Of a DNA stretch of 64,000 nucleotides, positions 29,071-41,500 are shown piece by piece (the stretch's first letter is position 1; each line of letters begins with the position of its first letter). The stretch is from Amoebidium appalachense (Eukaryota; Protista; Ichthyosporea): NCBI GenBank assembly GCA_963693365.1, contig CAVNZM010000008.1, forward strand, positions 558,001-622,000, in the 5' to 3' direction. A model generated the notes under the pieces. It was not told the origin of the DNA. It saw nothing but the letters and a program-made list of their open reading frames with translations, and made no database searches. The position numbers and the translations under genes are program-made.

Positions 29071-30472
29071 GGCACGGGTCTCTGTACAGGGGCTAACCAG
29101 TGGTGTGTGGTTGCAGTGAGGCCCCAAAGCCCCCATTGAGCCAACAGCCACAGCGCCAACAGCACACAGGTACACCTCCCCTTCCCCCCGTCCCCCCCCC
29201 CTTCCCCCCCCCCCCCCCCCCCCCCACGCACACACACACAGACACACAAAAGACACACCGCCCACACACCGCCACCATGCCACAATTACTGCCACCACAC
29301 CACCAGTCAGGAATAAACCACCCATTCCTCTCCATCCCCACTCCATTTCCCGTCAACAGCAGTTTGATCCCCAAGTACCAGGTCCCCATTTTATCCCTGT
29401 TGCCTGATCTATTCTCTAACCTCCTCCCTCTCAGACCCACCTCTTGCCGGTAGCCGTCCACCCGTACCCCGGGTCGAGCATCCCCCACCTGCCCTCACCC
29501 ATCTGGACACACCTGCATCTGCCACCCCAAGGTCTGCAAATAGAACCGCCTCCCCCCTCCCCCCTCCTCCTCGGTACCATCACATCACCTCCTCCTCCTC
29601 CTCCACCAGACACGGAAACACACACACACACACACACACACGCACATACACACACACACACAAAGAGAGAGAGCTTTCCTCTTCCCTTTATTTCCTACAC
29701 GTGCACTTCTGGATTTTTGTATCCCAGGACACATTGGTTCGTGTGTGAGCAGATAGGAACGCGCGGGTATTTGAGGACTTTAGTGAAATGGTGTTTGTCC
29801 ATGTGAGAAGATGAAGAGAAGCATGATGTGTACGTGTGTGTGTGTGCGTGTGTGCGTGCGTGTGTGTGTGCGTGCGTGCATGCGTTGGCCCTGGGGCCTG
29901 GAGGGGGGGGGGGGGAGGAGGGTAAGGAATTTCATTGTGTAGATAGTGTGTAAGCCTGCCTGTTCTTTCGTGTCACACCTATGTTTTGCACCTCTCTAAC
30001 AAGGGCCCAACTCATACACGTGGCTCTATCGAATTGGTGTGCTGTGTTCTGCCTTCCAATCAAATAGGATACTGTGTCAACACTTTTTTAATCTTCGGGT
30101 TTACTGTGTGCTGCTTTTTATATCTTGTGATGCACCATGTTCCACATTCTGATCTAGTGGCAGATTGTGTTTCGCATTCTAGCGTACTGGTGCACTGTGT
30201 TCTGCATTCTAAGCAATGTGTTCCGCATTCTAACTAGTGGTGCACTGTGTTCCACCTTACCCCCCAGTGGCATGTCGTCACCTCTAACTGTGGATTATGA
30301 TGATGCCGCAGAGGATGGTAAGTACCATCCCCTCCCCCCCCCCCCCCCCTCCCCCACCCGAGGTCTCCCTCTCGCTTTTGCTCTGCAGCTGTTCTTTAAT
30401 TAACCCTCTACCTCAGTGACCTGTTCTCTTCCTGGCTCCTGTCTCCCCCTCTGCAGCTTTCCCTCTCCCCCC

Positions 30473-30507
<35 letters not shown>

Positions 30508-31633
30508 CCAGCCTCCCCTTTCTCCCTCTCTCTCTCCCCCCCTCCCCCCTTCTCTCTTTTCCTCTCTCTATCTCTCCCACTCTCTCACACCCTACTCTCC
30601 CTCTGTCTCTCTCTATCCCTGTCTCGCTTGCCCAGTGTCCCTCTCTCGCCCTTACCCCCTCCCCCCTGCCTCCACCCTTCCCCTCCCCCCTCCCCCCTCC
30701 CTCCCCTCCCCCCCCCCCCCTCCCCCGCCCGCCCAGCCTTCCCTCCTCCCTTTGCCTCTCTATCCACCTCACCCCCTCCCCCCCTCCCCCTCCCCTCCCC
30801 TCCCTCTCCTCCCTCTCTTTTACCCTCCCTCCTTTCCTCGACATGCTCCATATTGGCCCTGCCGTCAACCTGTTCCGCTGCCCTTTGCTGATTCTGCGTA
30901 TGAGCTCATCATTGACTGTCCGTCAACCCACTCTTTTGTGTTTTTTTCTCTCTCTCTCTTTCTTTTTTTCACGTCCTGTGGTTTCTTTTAGTGTCCCAGT
31001 TATTGTGTGGGTGTACGTGGTGACGGGTATCTGTTTGGTAAAGGGGGGGGGGGATTTGTGGGTGTGTGTGTGTGGGGGGGGGGGGGGGGGGGGGGGGATT
31101 CCCGGGCAGCTAATTTGTTGTGTTGCAGTCAAGAGCACCGGCACCCAGTCCAGCAGGGAGCTGTTTTCAGGTGCTCATCCCCCCCCCCCCCCCCCCCCGT
31201 GCACTCTACCCGGTGACTGTCCCCGGTTCACCCCATCACACGGGCACGTGAATGCACGCGTACACACCTGGACTTATCCACCCAACAAAACGAGAAAACC
31301 AGTCTTCCATGGATATCCTGTTTGCTGCAGTATCACTCTGGCACTCTCTCTGTGTAGTATGCTCAACCCACCCCCTTCCACCCGATTTGCTCCTGTGTGC
31401 TTGCCTTATGTGACAGGGGGTGTTGTGTTAAAGGTTAAGAGTTTTTTGTTTTTGTTTTTGTTTCTGGGGGGGGAGGGAGGGAGGGGGGGGGGGGATTTTA
31501 TGGTTGCTGGACGCAATGTGCGATCTAATTACCTGGCCAATTAGATTCTTCGGTGACCCGTTCTGCCCTGGAGGAGGCCTTCATGGATTTCAACTCACCG
31601 GCAAGTGCAAGCTTTGCCGCCCAATCAAAATAG
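24011..31633 (+). CDS. ATG29: Autophagy-related protein 29 homologue, ~285 aa, about 11 exons
   Basis: In-phase exons 24011-24097, 24556-24628, 25133-25218, 26007-26112, 27044-27081, 27629-27752, 28488-28572, 29454-29531, 30268-30317, 31129-31170 and 31545-31633. The N-terminus LHVIIRVPWKRP..EWTADRD..IDWQAISFAVGLPVEECMRRATHLLHRQY fits ATG29_N. The C-terminal DSSVTRSALEEAFMD fits the Atg29 SVxxSALEEA motif. Middle exons are less certain. Confidence 0.82.
26630..26796. repeat. 49-bp pyrimidine-rich tandem repeat
   Basis: About 3.4 copies of ttatctcgttcttttcctacaggtgtgtgtttttcttttttctacaggt within an ATG29 intron. Confidence 0.9.
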
Positions 31634-32216
31634 AGGCCCTACTGCCATTTATAGACCGTGTATTTATCTGCCCTTTTTGGCAAAGCCTGTTATGACTGTG
31701 AATATGTGTGTCTGTGATGCAACCGGCAGTCTGTATGTATTTAAGAGGTGGGGAAGTCTGAGGGTTGACAGCTGGACACGTGATGTAAGTTAGGCACAAT
31801 TGGATGCATGCACTGATAGGCAGCTGATTTCATGCTCATAGCGCACATACTTGCCATCTGTGCCATGTGAAGTGTATGTAGGTTACGTTGATGTATTGAT
31901 ATATATATTTAATATATGCTCGCTTACAGTATGCAATACAATATACTTCCGAACTGGGTGTAGCGCCCTATGCTGGCCATAGGATTAATACACACACCAA
32001 GCTAATCTCATAGCTAACCTGAGCAACATGTAAACTCCACATGCACAGCACCAAAACTATTCTGGACCTGTACACACTGGCACACGGATACTTATGCGGG
32101 ACCATACACGTTCACGTGCCACACGATTCAAACTGCATGCACCCTACAGTCTGACTCACCATGGTGGTGGTGGGGTGCGGGAGGTTCAGCAGTGCTTTCG
32201 CCGGGTGGCAGGTGCT

Positions 32217-32253
<37 letters not shown>

Positions 32254-32429
32254 GAATCACAGAGGCCTGCGTGGTGGGATCCCCTCCCACTACCCGACAC
32301 CCAGTGGTGAGACTCAGTATGTGTGTACGTTGCGCGGAGGGAGGGGGAGGGGGGAGGGGGGGGGAGGGGGGAGGGAGGGGGGGATCCGCTGGGGGTGGGG
32401 GGAGGGGGGGGGGTATAGGGTCAGTGGGG

Positions 32430-32460
<31 letters not shown>

Positions 32461-32531
32461 CTAGTTGAAGGCCGATTGAAGGCCCGGGGGGGGGGGGGGG
32501 GGGAGGGGGGAGTCATACGAAGGAACTAAGA

Positions 32532-32562
<31 letters not shown>

Positions 32563-32792
32563 TTAGGTTATAGCGTCTAAGGCACCCTTTCATAGCCCCC
32601 CCCCCTTTTGTATATTGTTTCTGTTGTTTCCGCAAGCTAGATATGCATACATGAGATAGCAACCATTTGACATGCATGCACACGTTACACAGTCCTTGCA
32701 ATTACCTCATTATTACGTAACAATTACATCACTATGACAACATAGCTTTGCATCTTGGCACACTATGGCCAGTTGCTGTTACAGTTGCATAC

Positions 32793-32948
32793 CTCTACAA
32801 ACTTGCTTTGCCTGGATAAGAACTCGCGATGGTTGAGCCGGTCTGTGCCTGGCTCGTACTCAATTGCAAGGGCGCCAATGACTTCTGTCAGGATTCCCTC
32901 CTCGCAGATTTCTTCAACTATTGATGCCTCGCCCAAATCAAACATGGC
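32793..32948 (-). pseudogene. Isolated exon of a PP4 regulatory subunit 3 (SMEK/Psy2) gene
   Basis: CAG|AMFDLGEASIVEEICEEGILTEVIGALAIEYEPGTDRLNHREFLSRQSKFVE|GTATGC resembles PP4R3 ..IMDVVGCLEYDP..HREFLTKTAKFKEV. I found no other exons of this gene nearby. Confidence 0.7.
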
Positions 32949-33399
32949 CTGGAGAGACATTTGCATTAATCGTTTTGACACGGCTTGTATGGGGCCCCTT
33001 ACTGTGACGTTCCACCCAAGCTACAAGCCAAGAAGGGAGGAAGAGAAAGGAGCACGAGAGTGTGTTTTGTGGCTGCGCCCAGGTTTGTGTGCGTGGCTGC
33101 AGGCCACGTGTTATGCCCCTGTTACGCACAAGTGTTTGGGACAGCCCCGGCACGTGTACCAATGTGTACGCACGTGGACAGTGGCACGCGATTGAGAAGA
33201 TTGACACTTCGTGTGGCATGGGTTCGGAAGATTGAGATTACATGTATTTCCGATTGGTTGTTTAGTCATTTGTTTATCAGTTGGTAATCGTTTAGGAAGT
33301 TTACGCTGTTTACTCGAGGCAAAGAGAGACCAGTCTCGGGGTTAGGGGTTTACGCAGCCATATATGGAAAATGTAAGTGCTCTCCTATTGGTTGGATCA

Positions 33400-33758
33400 T
33401 GTGGAGACTGGGCTCTCCGCGGAACTATATAAAGAACAGCTTCGGTCTACCACAAACACTCTACTCCAGAGTAAACGTAGGCATACAGCAGTGTAGATAC
33501 TCTAGAGATAATAATGCGCGTGTTGGCAAGAGGCTAAGAGTACACGCCAACTTTCCTTGATTTCTCAAGCACCCCTTCCTACCTATTCACCCTACATCTG
33601 GCCCGGTGTACTTAGCCTCTTGCCAACACGCGCACAATTATCTCTAGAGTATCTACACTGCGCAGCATGCTGTATGCCTACGTTTACTCTGGAGTAGAGT
33701 GTTTGTGGTTGACCGAAGCTGTTCTTTATATAGTTTCGCGGAGAGCCCAGTCTCCACA
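33400..33758. repeat. Nested inverted repeat (~150-bp arms, ~50-bp spacer), MITE-like
   Basis: 33400-33549 is a near-perfect reverse complement of 33599-33758. Confidence 0.9.
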
Positions 33759-33914
33759 GTTTTTTGGCGAAGAGTGCGCAGATCTGTGCTCTGAGTTAGT
33801 GCACCCGGTTGCCAGGATCCGGAAGTGGGTGAGGGGCCGGGCCAACCGCCGGCGGGGACCCGGGGGGCCCCGGTCCGGAGGGGGGGCCCGGGCTCCGGTA
33901 GGCAAGGAGGGGGT

Positions 33915-33954
<40 letters not shown>

Positions 33955-34148
33955 ACACGTGCATTAGGTGATCATGCTGTGACCAGTAGTACGGATAACT
34001 CCTGCGGTCCCCGAAAATTTTCGGAGAATTTTGTATGTTTTCGCGCTCAAAATCGATAATTTGGGGACTTCTCGACACCGTGCTGTTTTATCACGAGTAC
34101 ATGCATAAGTAGGGGCTGCAGCTAACGGGTGTGTGTGTGTGGTGGTGT

Positions 34149-34207
<59 letters not shown>

Positions 34208-37200
34208 GACGGAGCCGTGGCTCTACCATTCCTTTGGACGGTCTTTGGTAATCGTACAAAAAGACTAGTTTGGCAAATTACCGAACACTGTAAACAAATG
34301 ACTAAAAACAACCAATCGGAAATGCTGAATCTACAAATTGCACAAAATACATGCAATCTCAATCTTCCGAACGCGTGCCACACGAAGTGTCAATCTTCTC
34401 AATCGCGTGCCACTGTGCATGTGCGTACATTATTGGTACACGTGCCGGGGCTGTCCCAAACACTTGTGCGTAACAGGGGCATAACACGTGGTGTGCCAAG
34501 ATGCAAAGGGATGTTGTCATAGTGATGTAATAGTTACGTAATAATGAGGTAATTGCAAGGACCGTGTAACGTGCGCATGTCAAACGGTTGCTATCTGTAC
34601 ATGTATGCATATCTATAGCTAGCTTGCGGAAACAACAGAAACAATACACAAAAGGGGGGGGGCTATGAAAGGGTGCCTTAGACGCTATAACCTAACAGGG
34701 GGGAGGGGGGGGGGGGGGGGGGGGGGGCATGCGACCTACAACTTGCTTCAAGGGGGGAGTGGGCCGAGGGGGGCTCCGGGGAGGGGCGGGGGAGGAATGG
34801 GGGAATTCGGGGGCCCGAGGGGAGAAAGGGGGGGCCGGGGGGCGGGGGGCGGGGGGTATTGATCAAAATGTAGGATGCATGGGGGATTTCTGGGCAGCTA
34901 GCTATTACGGGGGGATTTCGAATTCAATTGTCCTCTCCATCCCCCCCCCCCCCCCCCCTCTCCCCCCCCCCCCCCCCCCCCCCCCCCCCCACTAGTCGGG
35001 GGCCGGGCCCCTCCCACCACCATGCATATGCGCGGCCACCTGGTGGCACTACGTTTCCGAGTTTTGTGTTTGTCACCGTGTACGTGCGTCTTTCCATATC
35101 AGTAAGGAGTTAAAATGTTCAAAACGTCGTTGTTGCTCTGGTGATTGGTGGGTGGAAAAAAGTTGTGTTGAGCGGTGTCGTACGTACAGCCTGTAGTGGT
35201 GCAACTTTGCAAGTCTGCATGGTCTGCACGTGCGTGACTCGACGCGATCGCGGAGCTCGAGACGAGGAGTCGTACGTCACCTTCGAAGTGTAGAATCCAT
35301 ACGATAGTGGGATTGCTGGGCCCGAATAGGGTGAGAAAATTACATCATGGCAGGGCCAAGATTAGTATAATATTAGTATTTCAATAAGCGAAATTAGCCA
35401 TGTTAAAAGAGTTATGTCTCACTACGTAGTTGCTGTGCTTCGCACGTAGGGGCATGTACGTGCCACTCAGGTCACTCCGGCATTAGGCTCTATCAGTTGT
35501 CAGGGCTGGAATTTTTTTATATTGACTTTATTGATATGCTCATGATGCGTCATGGCACTGTGGCGCTCCAATGCTACCAGGTAAGCCGTAAATTCCGGAA
35601 CGCCCCCCTTTCGTAATTGCATGGCACCCGTTGTGGCCGCTATCTGCACAAGATAACCAACATGTATTTCATGCAATCACAAGTTGAACAAACAACTTTC
35701 ATAGTTGATACAATAGCATCGTGCCGCATGGTCCATACTGATACTGATGAGAACTTTTTTGGTCATCAAAGTTTTTGGTCATCATCCCAGGGCTCGAAAA
35801 AAAAAAATTTCGACTTTATTGATATGCTCATGAAAGAGAAGCAAGTTGGATATATCACAGATATCTCAGAGAAGAAAATACAAAAACCCCTACTCACGGA
35901 TACGGAGGAGATAACGACTCAAATAATCATACACCCTAGAAAACTCGTTAAACATACGGTGGTTTAACAGATAGTCAATAGAAGTAATATCAGGATTATC
36001 TAAATAATCATGAAAGAGAAGCAATTGCAAGCCTCATGCATATGAAAGAGAAGCACTCGAAATTTCTATAGCCCTCCCCCCCCCCGGGCCTCCCCCCTCC
36101 AAAAAAATGTTATATCTCCACATATGATATATATATCTGATGCGTTGTATCTCCACATATAATTTGTATGATGTACTGTAAGTGTAACCCCGATTTTTTT
36201 TTTTTCTGATCAGGATCCGAGAGTTCCACCAACGCAGAGGTGACCTTGCATCGTTCCACGGATACATTGACTCATTGTGTGGAGCATGGTGACGTATGTC
36301 GAGGACGACATACTTCTTTTTACGGTGGGGCGTGTGGTATATTATACCGGATATCTAGTATGGATGTACACAGGTTGAGATATACGCACACGTGTACATG
36401 TATATATACCACTGTGTTTGATCTTAGGTAGGCCAGTATGCATGTCCCTCCCAGTCTTGTGCGCATGAGCATGGAGTTAAACGTATGTGCACGTGCAACT
36501 TGCAGGATTATTCATGGGAAAACAGATATAATAGCCACATGGGACCGACACGTAGCAGAGGAACCATGAGCGTTAAGTTATAGTTTTATCATGGGAAAAT
36601 ATGCAAGTAGCCGCGTGAGGTATGACTGTGGAATGCATCGATAATCAAGTACTGTCACCGATCCGAGAATATGAAGGATATGAAGGCAACGTGCAGCCAC
36701 AGGCTACGTGACCACCAAAATAACCGACTTCGAAAGAGCCACAGCAGCGATGAAATAAATAAAAAAACAACAAGTGACCAAAGGACACCAGCGGGCAAAG
36801 GTGCAAGTGCACGTGTATGCGTGAAACTAGTTTGCTCCAACTGGCTAGTCATATGCAGCGATGATGACGCGGCCACACTCCGCAAGAAGACATCATTACT
36901 GCTGCCCCCCAACAGGCCCCCCTCAAAACCTACCGGGGCACAGCAAGCAAGTCAGCCCTTTAAAGAGCAATGCAGACCAAATCCGAGCAAGAAAACAATC
37001 CCCACGGGCCCGTCCCCTACAAAACCCGCAGAAGCTGTCTCTAACTCTTTGATAAGGTGGCCTAGTTGTGGCAGGACACACAGGAAAACATAACTACAGA
37101 ATGCATGCAAGCAAATCAAGTCATTGCCATACTGCTGAAGGCTGAAAATACGGCAGCCACAAGAAAAGCTCCTCGACGACCCAGTAGCTACCCCACATGA

Positions 37201-38594
37201 ATATCTTGTTGGGTGGAAGCACTGATGGCCTCCGGTGCTGACAACTCATCGCAGCTCACCTACAAACAGCACCGTGATTCCACCTCGAAAAACAATTCGG
37301 AAAAACAGAATATTACTGGTCCAGTCCTAGCCGCTGATAGGTCAAGCCTAAACAGAGACGCGACAGTAATGATAATGATAAGAGGCAAAAATCTGTACAA
37401 CCCGAACATTTGAAAGGAATATGGCATATACATAAGCGTACGTTTTGGCTGCTCCTGGCTTCATGCAGGCTGGCTGCAGCTCTGTCCATGATTGCCAGGC
37501 GAGAGATCTCCTGACACGAGTCTAAGGTGTAATTCGACGTGTGAAGCCGGTAATTCAAACCCTGAATTCGCCTCGATATCTCAACAGATGTCATCAGCGC
37601 TTCAGGGAAGCGCTTCGTATCTATTATGCTTTGACTTTCACTCGATATTCCATGAGGAATACTTTGGGTTGTAAGCCCCTTGTAGCCAACTATATCTGTT
37701 GAAAGCTTTACGAGCGTCTTTTCATCATGTTGTCTCCTGCTGTATCAGGTGAAGATGCGTCTCGTAACATAAGCGCGTGATATCCAGCAAATAGGAATGC
37801 CGCAATAGCCGGTCCGGCCAAGAAGGTGTGACAGGTACAACTTGCCACTTCGCATTCTCATCGCAATCAAATTCTCGGCGCGTGAACTGTCTGTGAACGC
37901 AGCCATCGTGAGAAGAGGGGGGAACCTGTCGCCCACCCCATTACTCAAGGTAGGTGTTTCTGTTATAAATTCTGACCCTATCTGTGTGAGTAAAGATAGC
38001 AAATACCCTTCCTGCAGTAGCGGTCACTTGTCGAGACAGCATTTCGAGAGTTGTCGAAGGTGAACTGGGTTATGCACATGCATCTAGCAGCTGTTTTGAT
38101 CACCGGTACCATGCATATACATCATGACAGGCCTGGACCATGCCGCATGAGCTGGTAGAGAGATGGCTGGTGCTGACCTGAGCATGGCGGATGCACAGTT
38201 TTGCGTGTTACTGCAGCTGTGTCAACATGGTGTAATGTTTAGAAATTATCCAAGCACTGTAAGGACTAGTGGGGAAAGTCCTCTCACATGTATGGCATGC
38301 ATTTAAATGTGGATCGGAACACGTTCAGGCAAGACATGAATACCATGAAACAATTGTCCATGATAATATCTGTCACCGGTGCACCTTGGTTAATTCCGAA
38401 ACATTTGTTCCTTTAGAAGCATATGCAACCCTCTTGAGGCGCGTTAGTCGCCGCGCGTGCATTCGCAGCATTTTGTGTTCATTTTGAGGGGGGTGAACTG
38501 ACACACTGACTATGTCCGTGGCATGGCAGGGAGTTTGAATCAGCAGATTGTTAACAACTTGAGCTTAATTGAGGTGCACATCCCACCTACAACA

Positions 38595-41500
38595 ATGGAC
38601 GCCCCACTCGGCATCCACATCGAGTACTGGTGAGTACCTACACGTTCTGTGCCTGCACTGTGCTGCGAGCTCTCCTCAAGGATTTCCCAACACACCTAAC
38701 TAAGTTGCCGATATGCAACTGCCAAGTTAATAATGTCGCCCAATCATTGTGCTGTCGTCTATTAATATTGTGCCTTATGCCCGTCAGTAACTACCCTAAC
38801 GCACCAATCTGCATGACCTAGCTAACACCTAAACCCCCCTCCCCCCACCCCCCCCCCCCCCCCCCCCCCCCCCCCGCCTCCCCCCAGCTCGTCATGCGGC
38901 TACCGGCCCCGAGCCAATGAGCTGCAAGGACGGCTGGGGGAGGCGTTTGGGCCCAAGGTGGATGTGGCCCTGGCAGCAGGAAGGGGGGGGTCGTTTGAGG
39001 TCACTGCTGGGGACAAGCTGCTGCACTCAAAGCTGCAGGCTGGAAAGTAAGTGCAAGCAGACAATCTTGTAACATCATATGTAATGATATTACTTATTGC
39101 AATGAATACAGAAAGGCATCACTACATTACCAAGTCAATTTGCAATGGCCCTTGCACCGCAAACAACCCTAGTACATACAGCTCGTGCAAAACATAGTAA
39201 GCAACCCACCTTGCACTTAAATACCGTGACTTTGCACTGTCACTATCACCACGACCACGGTGCACACCGTGCTCAACACAACTGTGAGTGTCCCCACTAT
39301 ATATACTACGTGCACTCTCTGTATGGGCATTCAAATTTGCACACCTTAACACGTATATAAACCACATGCCTGCACAACAAAACAACTTGTTCATGTTACG
39401 CAAACCTACACCACCCACTCAACCCCCCCTCTCCCCTCCTCCCCCTCCTCCCCCCCCCCCCCCCCCCCTCCCTCCCCCCCATCTTTCTTAGGTGGGCCAA
39501 GGTGTCAGCCATCATTGAGCAGGTGGGGGCCATTCTGGGCGACCAATCAGCCGCCGAGACGGTTGCAGCCGCCAGAGATGTTGAGACGGAGGACACCTCG
39601 TTTATCGATGCCACTGCACGCAAACACGTGCTCGTGGTGTTCTCAAAGACCACGTGCCCACACTGCGACCGTGCAAAGAAGATTCTGGCAGCTGCCGGGG
39701 CCCACCCACACGTGGTCGAGTTGGATATGCGCCCGGACACCACTGCAATTCAGGTGGGTGACGTCATCCTTGTTAAAGCTTGCTCCTGGCCCATATATAC
39801 TACATAGATCATGTGTCGACCACCTACTATGGTATCCGGGATTCTCGGACTGAAGATAATCCTTTGCTGGTTCCCCTTGGGCTCCTGAGAAGAACAAAGT
39901 TTTTGCGGATACATTCATCCCGAATCTCTACAGCCCCTCGCCCCCCCCCCCCCCCCCCCCCAATCAAAAAAAAGAAAGAAAGAAGAAAGGGAAAAAAAGA
40001 AAGCTTCACCAACAGGCACACCCAGGGCGCACTTCTCCCAAATGCAAACGCTTATAACTAGCGTGTCATACTGTCCACACACCTAGTTTCCCGTTCGATG
40101 ATTCCTCACATATGCAGTGCAACACCTTGCTCACTTTATGATTGGCTGGGGGTCATCAGGATGCCTTGGCCGAAATCACTGGCCGCACCACCGTGCCCAA
40201 CGTTTTCATTGGCGGAAAGTCAGTCGGGGGTGCCGATGAGCTCGAGCAGCTGCAGGCAGCGGGCACACTGATTGGTGTGTTGAAGGATGCCGGCGTGCCA
40301 TTGGATGATGCCCCGTACAGCCCCCAGCCCAGCGTGGTGGTGACCAATAGCGTGGCCCTGTCTCCCTCCAAGAAGACCCACGGGGACACCCACATGCTGC
40401 AGGTACATGCACACCTTCACGTGCCACACTTGCAGAACACCAAGTCAAGATTTTGTGTCGAGACACACAAAGTTGCACACACGTACTGGCAAGCAGGCAC
40501 GCACAAAGGTGCGCTTACAACCACTTACCCCAGTCTTGCAATGTATTCCCACATCCGTCCTAATTTGTTACAGCTCTTACTGTCAGATATTGGCTAAACC
40601 ACAAAGATTCATTATAATTTCAACACCCTCTCTCCCTCTGCCGCATTAGCACCATTTTGCCCCCCCCCCCCCCCCCCCCCCCCTCCCCCCTCCCTCCACC
40701 GCATCCCCCCTCTCCCCACCCCACCCTCCTTCCACTTCCTAACCCTCTTCCCGCAGATGCCCCACCCATCCAATGGCTCGACCCTGACCCTTGTGAGTGG
40801 GTCTGATGCCGTGTCTGCCCGTAAGCACCTAGAGGGCCCGTTTGGCTGGCCCTCTTGGCTGGTGTGGCCGTTCTTCTTCTTCCCCTACAACGTCGACATC
40901 ATGACGAGCAGAGCTACCTCTTGCACAGTGGCCATTCTTGCTGCCGTGGCTGCCGGGGGCTACGACACTGAGTGGGGCCGCTGGCTGGCCACGCTATTGG
41001 CTGCCGACTATGTGCTAAGAATAGTCTGGGCTGGAAGGGCTTCTCTAATTGGCTCAGTCGTCAGCACCGTCACCGTGCACTTCAAGCCCGTCATGTATCC
41101 TGGACCCCCCCGTCAATTTGCGCAGATGGTGGGGTTTATGTTTGCAGGCCTGGCTACCCTCCTGCGGTGGCTGGAGCCAGGAGACAAGGCGTATGAGCTT
41201 GCCGGCAGCACGATTCTTGCCATGTTAGCAGGGGCTGCAGCAATGGATGGATTCCTTAACTTCTGCCTGGGCTGTCTTTTCTTCCGCATTGGATCGCAGA
41301 TATTGGGTGCTGACCCGAGTGCAAAGTGTGATAGTATCCAATCAGAAGACACGGCAAATCAGGTCTGGTGGCGCAAGGTTACGGCTGACGGAAGGCCCCA
41401 GGACATGGCGGCTAGCCTGCCCAATGAGGACGAGCCCCGGCACATTCCTTGCGTCTACAAGTAGGTGCCCCCCTACTACTTGCATGTTCATCTCTCTCTC

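Larger units (their letters stand above)
32562..34696. mobile_element. Non-autonomous foldback/long-TIR DNA element (~2.1 kb)
   Basis: 32562-32763 is the imperfect reverse complement of 34491-34696, and 33105-33288 of ~34277-34490. There is no transposase ORF. A TSD cannot be resolved because the flanks are poly-G. Confidence 0.75.
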
